DNA from: Candidatus Marinacidobacterium sp.
GTDB lineage: Bacteria > Acidobacteriota > Vicinamibacteria > Marinacidobacterales > Marinacidobacteraceae
NCBI GenBank assembly: GCA_965220965.1
Contig: CBDCRI010000001.1
Span: forward strand, 299,303-363,302
Reading direction: 5' to 3'
Length of the DNA stretch: 64,000 nucleotides
Shown here in pieces: positions 28,392 through 37,861 of this stretch. Position 1 is the first letter of the stretch; every line of letters starts with the position of its first letter. A model generated the notes under the pieces. That model was not told the DNA's origin and did no database searches. It saw only the letters and a list, made by a program, of their open reading frames with translations. Both the position numbers and the translations under genes were made by a program.

Positions 28392-29213
28392 TCAGGGCCG
28401 CATTGCCCCGCTTGCCGGCGGCGCTCCCCGCAGGCACTTCAGGTGGCTCTGCAGTTCGGCGTCGGCCTCCAGGTTGGCCATGAGCGCCAGCAGCACGTCG
28501 TCGAAGTCGCATCTTGGCCAGGCCAGGGTCTCGTCCGCCTCGAAAGTCTCGCGCCACGCCCTCTCCTGCTCCCCGTCGAAGTTGAGCGTCCAATCGTGCA
28601 GGCGGACCTTGTTGTCCAGCGTGATCGCGTCGCCGTGCTTGGCCGTCAGCCAAGCGGCGTCGTAGAGGTCCCTGGCCTGAACGCGCCGGTCATCTCCCAC
28701 CAGCGCGTTCAGCTTGAGGCTGGCGAGCGTGGGCATGTCATAGACGGCGAGCCCGTCCACCATGACGATTCGGTCCTGGTCAAGGCGGGGCTTGCGGATG
28801 CCGTCGCGCACGTTGACGTCGATTTTGGCGCGGAAGGGCTCCGCGAATCCGGCGTGGCGGAACCAAAGGCGGACGTAGCCGCGCCCGTGCTGCTTGACGT
28901 CGAGCCGCTCGACTTCGAGGTCCTTGCGTTGCGCCAACGTCCTGCCGACCCTTTCCACCACGTCGACGCGCCTGGCCACGTCAAGGTCCAAGTCCATGGA
29001 AGGGCGCGTCAGCCCGTAGGCGGCCGCCAGCGCGGTCCCGCCCTTGAGCGCAAACCACCGCTGGCCCTGCGGCGGGCCAAGGGACAGCCCCCGGACGACA
29101 TGGACCAGCACGCCCAGCAGGGCGCGCTCGCGGGGCGAGAGTGCAACCTCCGGCGGCGGCGTGCCGCCGGTCAAGTCGAAAGCCCGTGGCGCATGTGCGT
29201 TCCCTTCTCCCAA
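28392..29213 (-). CDS. AbiEii-family nucleotidyltransferase toxin (start uncertain)
   Basis: LKGGTALAAAYGLTRPSMDLDLD, KIDV, LKLNAL and RDLYD. Confidence 0.85.
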   Translation of the reverse strand: MGEGNAHAPRAFDLTGGTPPPEVALSPRERALLGVLVHVVRGLSLGPPQGQRWFALKGGTALAAAYGLTRPSMDLDLDVARRVDVVERVGRTLAQRKDLEVERLDVKQHGRGYVRLWFRHAGFAEPFRAKIDVNVRDGIRKPRLDQDRIVMVDGLAVYDMPTLASLKLNALVGDDRRVQARDLYDAAWLTAKHGDAITLDNKVRLHDWTLNFDGEQERAWRETFEADETLAWPRCDFDDVLLALMANLEADAELQSHLKCLRGAPPASGAMRP

Positions 29214-29803
29214 TCCGCATCCGGCGACAGGTCGCGCGTCCAGCGGCTCCAGAGTCGCAGCGCCTCCCCCTCAAGGGCCGCCGCCAAGGCGCGCACCAGC
29301 CGGTGGAGGTGCCCGAACTGGGCCTCAGTCCACAGCCACTTGGCCACCGAAGGCCCGTCGTAGGGGCCTGGGAAGCCCGTTGGCCGGCTGGCCAACCAGT
29401 CCCATGCGCCGTCCGCGATGGCCCGGTCATGGCGCGCCGCCCACACGGGAGCCGCCGAGCTCCCCTGCGGGTGCCCGATCAGGCGCAGTGACGGCCGGGC
29501 GTCGAACAGCCGGTCCCAGCCAAGCAGATTTGCCGGCGTGCGCAACGTGAAGCCGTTTCTGGCCTTGTTGGCGAGCAGCATCTCCATCCCGTTTCCGGTG
29601 CGGCCTTCGGCGGGAACGAACCAAGAGCCCTCGGCGTGCCAGTCGCCGCCTGACGGGCAGTCGGGATCGACGAGGTTGAGCGCATGAATGCCGGTCAGGT
29701 ACTGGCTCACGCTGGTCGGGGGAATGCGAACGGGAATGGCCTGCGCCCAGGCCGGCGCGGGCGCATCAGGGCCTCTTCGGGTCGGTTGGTGCCTGTCGGC
29801 CAT
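29171..29803 (-). CDS. Putative antitoxin partner of the AbiEii-like gene
   Basis: YLTGIHALNL...GDWH...ARHDRAIAD; overlaps the toxin start. Confidence 0.6.
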   Translation of the reverse strand: MADRHQPTRRGPDAPAPAWAQAIPVRIPPTSVSQYLTGIHALNLVDPDCPSGGDWHAEGSWFVPAEGRTGNGMEMLLANKARNGFTLRTPANLLGWDRLFDARPSLRLIGHPQGSSAAPVWAARHDRAIADGAWDWLASRPTGFPGPYDGPSVAKWLWTEAQFGHLHRLVRALAAALEGEALRLWSRWTRDLSPDADWEKGTHMRHGLST

Positions 29804-29893
29804 GGCTTCACGGCTCCTGGGCGGTTGGCGCCGGACAGCGTATCACAGCGCTCCTGAAGGGCGCTCCCGCCCAGGCCCGGCCCAAGCGCCCCA

Positions 29894-30883
29894 TCAAGCC
29901 TGCGGCGCGCCCCCGCCGGCCAGCGCTGGCCGCGGACCCGACCCGGGGCGAGGCGCTTCCAGGATCGCCTCGCGGAGCATGCCGAACCGATGTTCGAGCT
30001 CCAACTGGACCGTGCCGGGCAGCAGCAGCTGGTTGCGCAGCCTGGCGGCAGGCAGGTCGAGCACGGTCAGCGGCGCGCCGCCCTCCCCGCCCTTAGCCAA
30101 GCCGATGACGAGGGCCTCCTTGCCGTCGGGCGCGCGCGAGGTCACGCAATCCTCGTCGTGCCAGTCCGCCGTCAGCCGGTCCAGAAGCGAAAGGCCCGTC
30201 TCCCCTGGGCTGAAGGACAGGCCGCGCCCGGGGAGGGCGCGCCGCCAGATGAAGCGGTTGCGGCGCTCGCCAAGGTCCAGCGCGAGCGCCCGAAGGGCCT
30301 TCAGGGCCTGCGAGTCGGGCCCTTCGGACAGGCCGCGGCAGACGGCCAAGGCCATGTGGCCAACGACCTCCCCGGCGCGGCCGGCTTCGCCGGAGCGCAC
30401 CGCCTCCAGCGCCAGCCGGCTGCAGTCCCGCACAACCTGCTTCGCGTACGTCGCTAGCGGCGGCCCGGCGGGATTGGCGTCCCCGGGCTGCGCGAGCTCG
30501 GCCAAGGGGGCCTCCAGCCGCTTGAACAGGGCCTTGACCTCGGCGGCGTAGGCCGCCTCCCGGCCCTTCGCGTCGGCGTCGGAGCCCTCCGGCCCGGCGG
30601 TCACCAACGGATAGCTCATGCGCAGGGCAACGAAGGTCCGCGACCAGTCCGTGAGGGCCGCGGGGGCAGCCCTCAACTCGAGCCGGAGGCCGCCCGCGCC
30701 CTCCATGAACAGGGGGGCGTTCCGGGTTCCCTTGGGCATGGTGAGAAACTTCGCCTTGGCCTTGATGGCCCGCTCGACGAGGGCGCGTCCCTCGGCCAGC
30801 CCCTCTTCGGGCGCGGCCGCCTCGCCGAGGACGGACGCCCGATACCCATACTCGGACGCCAAGGCCTTGCGAACCATGCTCAT
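29894..30883 (-). CDS. Hypothetical protein
   Basis: Long ORF with high GC3; TACAAT box upstream. Confidence 0.6.
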   Translation of the reverse strand: MSMVRKALASEYGYRASVLGEAAAPEEGLAEGRALVERAIKAKAKFLTMPKGTRNAPLFMEGAGGLRLELRAAPAALTDWSRTFVALRMSYPLVTAGPEGSDADAKGREAAYAAEVKALFKRLEAPLAELAQPGDANPAGPPLATYAKQVVRDCSRLALEAVRSGEAGRAGEVVGHMALAVCRGLSEGPDSQALKALRALALDLGERRNRFIWRRALPGRGLSFSPGETGLSLLDRLTADWHDEDCVTSRAPDGKEALVIGLAKGGEGGAPLTVLDLPAARLRNQLLLPGTVQLELEHRFGMLREAILEAPRPGSGPRPALAGGGAPQA

Positions 30884-31251
30884 CTCGGTCTTTCCCTGGC
30901 GGCTCGGCTGGCCGTTCCGGCGCATTGTAGTGGCTCCCTGCCGAACCGGCCCGCCTGGGCCCCTGGCCCGCGGACGCACGGACGTTCGCCGAGGCCCCGC
31001 TCAAGGATCAGCCCCGCGGCTCGGAGCAGGCGGGCGGCATGCCGAGCCGTCCATGCGCTGAGCGGACAGGCCTCGGCCGGGCGTTGCGGCTTTCCCTAGG
31101 CGACGGATGCCTCGAGCGGCGCGAGTCAAGGACTTGACGCTGGGCCTTCGCAACGTGTTGTAGACTGGGCGCCATTGGCCGTTTCGCCCCATGGTAGGAG
31201 ACGACATCGAATTGACGAAAACAACTGCGGCTCAGGCGCTTAATCGATAGA

Positions 31252-31645
31252 GGCTGCCCCGCCCGTGCGGGGATGACCCCTCAGAAGCCTAGATTTTCAT
31301 CACTTTCTGATAGGCTGCCCCGCCCCTGCGGGGATGAACCCAAACAGGCAGCCACGCACTTCGACGAATTGGCGGCCGCCCCGCCAGCGCGGGGATGGCC
31401 CTTGGAAACGGCGGGGTTGATCACTCGGGTGGAGGATGGCCCCGCCTGCGCGGGGATGGACCCTTCGGCGTGTGTTTCGACGGGCTTTTCATCGAGTTAG
31501 CCCCGCCTGCGCGGGGATGGACCCTCGGGTATTCCTCGTGAAATGCTTTTGGATCAATTAGCCCCGCCAGCGCGGGGATGAACCCACAGCCATGTTGCGA
31601 CCGGCCGAAAGCTGGCGATGGCGCCGCCCATGCGGGGATGGGGCC
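31252..31645 (+). CRISPR. Orphan type I-E-like array A (7 repeats)
   Basis: 29-nt repeat GTTRGCCCCGCCnGCGCGGGGATGGACCC, 61-nt period, ~32-nt spacers. Confidence 0.9.
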
Positions 31646-32177
31646 AGGCTTCTGTTGAAGCCTCGGCGAGGGGTCGCCGCGTGCCTGTCAGAGCGGGCGC
31701 GGACCGCAAAGCGGCCGCGCCGCATGCTTCGGTTCGCGGCCGGCGTGCATGCCACGTCCCCACCGGGTTTTCGCGAGGCGCCAGAGGCAGGCATGGGAGG
31801 CCGCTGAACCGTCGCTTGCCGCCTATGCCTGCCTCGACGTAAAGCCTGGGAAGCCCGCCCCTAAGTCAGGGAAGGCCCGGCGGTGGGGGCCCGACTTTCG
31901 GCGTGCCTGTCGCGCTCAAGGATCAGGGTGCCGGTCCGGGCGCGCTCCCACCCAGGATGGCCCATCCATGCCGTGACCGGGGAGGCTCCGTCCGATGACG
32001 CGGCCGGCTCGGCGCCGGCCTGCCACGCCGACCGATGGCGGTGGCGGCGGTGAGGAGCCGATCCCTGGCGCTGGGCCCACGCCAGGTGTTGTACACTGGC
32101 GGCGTTGCGCCGTTCATGGGGGAAATCGATTTAACGGATCAGACATTGTGAGTTTCAACAAGGACTTAATGGATAGG

Positions 32178-32390
32178 GTCGGCCCCGCCAGCGCGGGGAT
32201 GGGCCTTTGCCGCCGCACATGTCGATGAGGCGCGAGCCGTTAGCCCCGCCAGCGCGGGGATGGTCCCCGAGGTGAGACGGCCATTAGGTCGGAAGAAGAA
32301 GTTAGCCCCGCCCGAGCGTGGATGGCCCCTCGATTCGGACGCAGCTTGGTCTAATTGCTTCGTTAGCCCCGCCAGCGCGGGGATGGAGCG
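32178..32390 (+). CRISPR. Orphan type I-E-like array B (4 repeats)
   Basis: Same repeat; preceded by the shared leader ...gatcagacattgtgagtttcaacaaggacttaatggatagg. Confidence 0.9.
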
Positions 32391-32821
32391 AGCCTTCTGT
32401 TGCAGCCTCGGCGAGGGGAGGCTCTGTACCTGCCAGAATGGGCACGGACCGCGCGGATCACAAACAATGTCCGCCTCGACGTCAAGCGAAGGAAGCCCGC
32501 CACGATGTCAGGGAAGGCACGGCGGAGGCGGCCCTGACTCTCGGCGTGGCTGTCGCGCTCAGGGATCAGGTTGCCGGTCCGGGCGCGCTCCCACCCAGGA
32601 TGACCCGTCGATGCCGTGACCGGGGAGGCCCAGTCCGATGACGCGGCCGGCTCTGCGCTGGCCTGCCACGCCGACCGATGGCGGTGGCGGCGGCGAGGAG
32701 CCAAGCCCTGACGCCTGGCCTTCGACATGTGTTGTACACTGGAGGCGCGCCGTTCATGGGGGGAGGATATCGAGTTAACCGATCAGACATTGTGAGTTGC
32801 AACAAGGGCTTAAGGGATAGG

Positions 32822-33277
32822 GTTGGCCCCGCCAGCGCGGGGATGGACCCCTCTTGAACACCATCGGCGCAACGCTCAAGCCGTTGGCCCCGCCAGCGCG
32901 GGGATGGACCCGCTATGTTGGGGAAGGGTGTCTCGTCGAGAAGGTTGGCCCCGCCTGCGCGGGGATGGACCCCTCTTGGCAAAGATGAATTTTGCCACGC
33001 AATCGTTGGCCCCGCCTGCGCGGGGATGGACCCTGCATTCGACGGCAGCTTGCTCTCATTGCTTCGTTGGCCCCGCCAGCGCGGGGATGGACCCCTCATT
33101 GAAATGATGACCAGTGACTCCACCGAGCTTGCCCCGCCCGAGCGGGGATGATCCCTTGAGAAAGTGGCCAGCGACGCCAATGCTCCAGTTGGCCCCGCCC
33201 GCGCGGGGGAGAGCCCGTTGCATGTTGACGCCGCGATCGCGAGCGAAGCTTTGCCCCGCCCACGCGGGGATGGAGCG
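32822..33277 (+). CRISPR. Orphan type I-E-like array C (8 repeats)
   Basis: Same repeat and leader; the leader-proximal repeats are best conserved. Confidence 0.93.
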
Positions 33278-33821
33278 AGGCTTGTGTTGCAGCCTCGGCG
33301 AGGGGAGCCTCTCCAACTGCCAGAACGTGCTCGGATCGCTTGGATCGCAAAGCGGCCGCGCCACAAGCTTCGGTTCGCGGCCGGCGTGCATGCCACGTCC
33401 CCACCCAGGTTTTCGCGAGGCGCCCGAGGCTGGCTTTGGCGGCCGCTGAGCCGTCGCCTGCCGCCAATGCCTGCCTCGACGTCAAGCGAAGGAAGCCCGC
33501 CCCCGGAAGTCAGGGAAGGCCGGCGGTGGGGCCCCGGCCTTCGGCGTGCCTGTCGCGCACAAGGATCAGGTTGCCGGTCCGGGCACGCTCCCACCCAGGA
33601 TGACCCGTCGATGCCGTGACTGGGGAGGCCAAGCCCAATGGCGCGGTTGGCTCGGAGCCGGCCTGCCATGCCGACCGATGGCGGTGGCGGCGGCGAGGAG
33701 CCAACCCCTGACGCCTGGCCTGCGCCATGTGCTGTACACTGGAGGCGCGCCGTTCATGGGGGGAGGCTATCGAGTTAACGGATCAGACATTGTGAGTTGC
33801 AACAAGGGCTTAAGGGATAGG

Positions 33822-34512
33822 GTTGGCCCCGCCTGCGCGGGGATGGACCCACAAGAACCGCCTATGATGGATCTTGAGGCCGGTTGGCCCCGCCTGCGCG
33901 GGGATGGACCCTCGTGGAACATCCGCGTTGGGTAAGCGCGCGTGTTGGCCCCGCCTGCGCGGGGATGGACCCTTTCTAAACGGAAGTTGTGTCGCAGTTG
34001 TGTGGTTGGTCCCGCCGGCGCGGGGATGGACCCGAGAAGGGAGCGACATCAGGTCGGAAGAAGAAGTTAGCCCCGCCTGCGCGGGGATGCACCGGAGTCC
34101 AAGACCGCCTGTGTGCCTGCAGCGCGATTGCCCCGCCCGAGCGGGGATGGGCCGTTGGATGAGCAGGTCCTTTCCCGCAAGGCAAAGTTGGCCCCGCCCA
34201 TGCGGGGATGGCCCGCATTCAAAAACCGCATGCGCGCCTGCGTTGCGCCGGCCCCGCCCTTGCGGGGATGGTCCCTATGACGATGTGACGCTGCAGACAG
34301 CAGAGGAGCGTTGGCCCCGCCTGTGCGGGGATGAACCCACTCCTCGGTCCGCTTTGCCCACTGCACGGCTTCGCTGGCCCCGCCCAAGCGGGGATGGCCC
34401 TTTGTCCAAGACCGCATGCGTGGCTGCAGCGCCTTGGCCCCGCCCGTGCGGGGATGATCCCGGCGCGCAGTGGATGGCGCCTGCCTTCGTCGGTTTGGCC
34501 CCGCCCGCGCGC
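33822..34512 (+). CRISPR. Orphan type I-E-like array D (11 repeats plus a degenerate terminal one)
   Basis: Same repeat; leader nearly identical to that of C and exactly 1000 nt downstream of it. Confidence 0.93.
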
Positions 34513-34705
34513 TCCCCGCGTCCGCTTCGGACCCGCGAAAGCTGCGGCTGCGCCACGCGCCGCCGGAGAAGGCCCTTGCTGGCAAAGGCCTCCCGGCAGC
34601 CGGCCGGGACCGCCCGTGAACCCGAACCCGCCATGGCCGCCTGCGGGCGCGAAGGCGGCGGGATTTGCTTCAATCCGCCCTGAACACTTCCGGAGCGGAC
34701 GCCCG

Positions 34706-35878
34706 ATGAACGACGCCGACATCCTCCCCGCCCCCCGCATCGCCGATGCCTCCGACGCCTTGCACAGCTGGCTGCGGTCGCACCTTGCCGTCCCCACCAA
34801 GGCGAGGATGTGGGGCGTGGAGGGAACCTTCACCCCGCCGCTGTCCAGGGCGGTCTACGGGGACGGCGGCGCCATCCTCTGCGTCTGCGACAGGCGCGCC
34901 CGCCCCGCCTTCTGGCAGGTGCGCATCGACAGCAAGTGGCGCATCGGGACCGAGCCCGGCCGCGACCACGCCGCCCTCGACTTGGGCAAGGCCATCCGCG
35001 AGATCGCGGCCAACTTGGCGGCTGAGTTCGCGCCCCTGGACACCGAGGTCGAGGCCGCGGAGGAGAAGGCCCAGCAGGCGGACGACGAAATCGATTGGAT
35101 GCGGGACTGCGACCCGGAGGCGGCCTTCATGGACCCAGGCCTTCCCAGGGACGCGCACGGCAACTTGGCGATCGACATCAGCGACGGCGTGATGTTCTGG
35201 CGCGGCGGCGCGACCGCCGCGCCGACGGCCGTGCGCCACTGCGCGTTCGGCGAGGCGGGCGTCGGCGAGCTCGACGTGATGCACCACGGGATCGTGGAGC
35301 CGGTCAGGATCGGGGGCGTCCTAGTGATGCCCCGCGTCGCGGACGCCTCCGAGGCCGAGCACCTGCGCCTGCAGGCGCTCCTGTGCGCGCCTCGGGAGGG
35401 GCGCCTTTGGGAGCACTCCCGGCCGGTCAAGTTCACGCCAGCGCTGTCGCGCGCGGTCTACGGCGACGGCAAGGGCCTCATCGGCATCACGACCATCAGC
35501 GACCGGCCGCGGTACTGGCTGGTGCGCATCGACAGCCAGTGGATGGTGCCGGGCCGCAGCTGCGACGCCGAGCGCCGGCTGCCCCCCGACGCGCCGGACG
35601 TGGGCGAGGCCATGGAGGGCATAGAGGTGAACCTCATCGCTGAGTTCGGCTCCTCCGACCCGGAAGCCTACCTCGACGATGAGATCGCCGACTGCGACGA
35701 CTGCTGCGGCCGCGGGTGCGACGCCTGCGCCCACACCGGCTACGGGCCCGAGGGCACGCCGCCGGACTTCCCGGCCATCGATCTGACCGACGGGACCAGC
35801 TGGTGGCGCGAGGACTACCCGGCGCCGTCCGCGGACGCCCGGCCGCGCAAGGCGCGCCTTCCCGCCCCCGCCGTCTAG
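34706..35878 (+). CDS. Hypothetical protein with two copies of an FTPPLS-VYGDG-RIDSxW domain and a C-terminal Cys cluster
   Basis: Internal repeat; CDDCCGRGCDAC; TTGCTTCAAT box at 34665. Confidence 0.8.
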   Translation: MNDADILPAPRIADASDALHSWLRSHLAVPTKARMWGVEGTFTPPLSRAVYGDGGAILCVCDRRARPAFWQVRIDSKWRIGTEPGRDHAALDLGKAIREIAANLAAEFAPLDTEVEAAEEKAQQADDEIDWMRDCDPEAAFMDPGLPRDAHGNLAIDISDGVMFWRGGATAAPTAVRHCAFGEAGVGELDVMHHGIVEPVRIGGVLVMPRVADASEAEHLRLQALLCAPREGRLWEHSRPVKFTPALSRAVYGDGKGLIGITTISDRPRYWLVRIDSQWMVPGRSCDAERRLPPDAPDVGEAMEGIEVNLIAEFGSSDPEAYLDDEIADCDDCCGRGCDACAHTGYGPEGTPPDFPAIDLTDGTSWWREDYPAPSADARPRKARLPAPAV

Positions 35879-35955
35879 GCCGTAGGCGCCGGCCGCGGCA
35901 CCGTTGGTGGCGCGCTTCCTACAATCTCGGGCATCGCTTCACGTGGGGGGCCGAC

Positions 35956-37071
35956 ATGCCCGACCCGGCAGGCAGCAGGGCGCCATGCGGGCGCCTGGAG
36001 GACGCCGTCATCGACGGCGACCGGTTTTCGCCGCGGACCGCCGCCCCGTCGGACGCCGAGCACGGGCGCTGGCGCGCGCTGCTGGAGGCGCCGACCAGGG
36101 CCAAGGTCTGGGGCGCGGGGCCGGAGCGGGCGTTCATCCCGCCGCTCTCCTCGACCGTGTACGGCGACGGCGAGGCGGTCCTGTGCGTGTCGCCCATCAA
36201 GTCGCGGCCGGCCTTCTGGCAGGTGCGCATCGACAGCGAGTGGCGCCATGGCGACGGCGGCGGCCCGCCGCGGCGCAACAGCGACGTGGCCCAGGGGGTC
36301 CACGCGATCGCCCGCAACCTCGCGCGGGAGTTCGGCGCCGCGTTCGACCTCTCCGAAGGCTTCTCGTGGCAGCGCGGCGGCCCCGACGCCGCCGTCCCGA
36401 GGGATCCGGACAAGCCGCACTACCACCCGGTCCTGCGCTTCGGCCTCGAAGCGCCGGGCGCGATGGCGCGCAGCGAGCTCGACGGGAGGCTTGGGCACGT
36501 GGACGTGGGCCCGGGGAACGCCCTGCGGTCCGCCGAGGCCATCGCGGTCTGCCCGCGGGTCGCGGACGCCGCCGACGTCGAGCACGAGCGGCTGCGCGCC
36601 GCGCTGTGCGTGCCCCAGACGGGAGAGCTGCGGGGCCAGCCGGTCGAGTTCACGCCGCCGCTGTCCAATGCCGTGTACGGGGACGGACGCGCGCTGCTGT
36701 GCGTCTCCACCCGCAACGACCGCCCCAAGCACTGGCTGGTCCGCATCGACAGCCAATGGCGGGTCGTTGGGGATCCGCACCTGCCGCCGGACGCGCCCGA
36801 TGTCAAAGGGATGATCCTGGCCATCCTCGACAACCTAGAGGCGGAGTTCGGCGACGGCGGCCTCAACAGCCGCTTCACCGGGAAGCGCTGCGGCGCCTGC
36901 CCCGCTGAAGGCGCCTGCGAGTCCTGCCAGGGATGCGGCTTCGAGCCTTGCTGCGAGCCGCCCGAGTTTCCGGCGATCGACACCTCCGTCGGCTTCGGCT
37001 ACTGGCGGCAGGACTACCCGCAGCCGCCTGCCCCGAGGCGGCTCCCCAACGCTTCCGCCTGTGGGCCGTAA
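35956..37071 (+). CDS. Tandem paralogue of 34706-35878
   Basis: FIPPLSSTVYGDG...RPAFWQVRIDSEW, FTPPLSNAVYGDG...WLVRIDSQW, CGAC...CESCQGCG and PEFPAID. Confidence 0.8.
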   Translation: MPDPAGSRAPCGRLEDAVIDGDRFSPRTAAPSDAEHGRWRALLEAPTRAKVWGAGPERAFIPPLSSTVYGDGEAVLCVSPIKSRPAFWQVRIDSEWRHGDGGGPPRRNSDVAQGVHAIARNLAREFGAAFDLSEGFSWQRGGPDAAVPRDPDKPHYHPVLRFGLEAPGAMARSELDGRLGHVDVGPGNALRSAEAIAVCPRVADAADVEHERLRAALCVPQTGELRGQPVEFTPPLSNAVYGDGRALLCVSTRNDRPKHWLVRIDSQWRVVGDPHLPPDAPDVKGMILAILDNLEAEFGDGGLNSRFTGKRCGACPAEGACESCQGCGFEPCCEPPEFPAIDTSVGFGYWRQDYPQPPAPRRLPNASACGP

Positions 37072-37222
37072 GGCCGCAGCGCGGGGACGCGGCAGCGAAG
37101 CCGCGCGCTTTCGCGGGTTGCTGCAGGCAGGCGGTTCAGAGCCCCCGAACGCCCAAGGCCGAATCCCCCGCTGTGGCATAATCCCTGCCAGTGCCAAGGC
37201 GAGCCAAGGAACCGGGGGAAGC

Positions 37223-37540
37223 ATGCCGGAGGTGGACTCAGCAGCCGCGCGAAACGGCTTGGGCGCGGTCGAGGCCAAGCCGCCCGACCTGCGGGTTGGG
37301 CGCGCGCTCGACGCCGGCTGGCGGGCCACCGTCAGGGAAGGCCGCCCGGGACCGCTTCGAAAGGACTTCGAAGCGGCTTTGCAAGCCGTCGCCGAACAGG
37401 GCGGCCCGGTTCCCCTGGGGCGCATCCAGCGCCGGGTCGAGGCCGCCGTGAGGCGCGCATGCGGCCGGGCCGACGCGCGCGCGCATCGCGGGGCCGCGGC
37501 CGCAAGGCGGCCCAGGGCGCTTGGCGGGGCGGACTCATGA
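37223..37540 (+). CDS. Hypothetical protein
   Basis: ORF after a TGGCATAAT box; ATGA overlap with the next gene. Confidence 0.4.
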   Translation: MPEVDSAAARNGLGAVEAKPPDLRVGRALDAGWRATVREGRPGPLRKDFEAALQAVAEQGGPVPLGRIQRRVEAAVRRACGRADARAHRGAAAARRPRALGGADS

Positions 37541-37794
37541 TCTGGAAGACCACCAACGCCTCCACGCAGATCGACGACATCGCCTGGGAGCACGGCTTCG
37601 AGGGCGAGCTCGTCGACGCGGATTGCGTCAGGCACGACGCCAACGGCTTCGCGCCGCCCATCGACGAGGTCAAGCGCGGGCTCTGGACGCTTGCGGGCGC
37701 CGAAACCGCGCGCCCGCTGTGGGAGCGGGCCGACGGGGCGCCGGGCGGGCCGGCCAAGCGCCCCGCCCCCAAGGCCGCGCCCGGGCCGGCGTGA
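37537..37794 (+). CDS. Hypothetical protein
   Basis: 85 aa, high GC3, ends KAAPGPA. Confidence 0.6.
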   Translation: MIWKTTNASTQIDDIAWEHGFEGELVDADCVRHDANGFAPPIDEVKRGLWTLAGAETARPLWERADGAPGGPAKRPAPKAAPGPA

Positions 37795-37861
37795 GGGCTT
37801 GCGCTGCCGGCAGCCGCCGCCTGCCCGGAGCGCCCATTCACGACGCGGCACGGAGACGGGA

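Larger units (their letters stand above)
31646..33821. repeat. Three copies of a conserved inter-array unit (31646-32177, 32391-32821, 33278-33821)
   Basis: Shared blocks gcctcggcgagggg, gcctcgacgt, ccggtccgggcrcgctcccacccaggatg, gccgaccgatggcggtggcggcg, tgtacactgg and the leader; the middle copy has an internal deletion. Confidence 0.9.

Noticed and set aside
32851-32882. The reverse strand of array C spacer 1 reads LERCADGV, like LERIADGV in LRR paralogue 6 (~45935), suggesting self-targeting of the LRR array
   Set aside because: Only 17/24 nt identity and the flanks do not match; compatible with chance.
32912-32943. 13-nt match of array C spacer 2 (reverse) to the hipA-like gene near 49698 (cttctcgacgaga)
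   Set aside because: Too short, and the rest of the spacer diverges.
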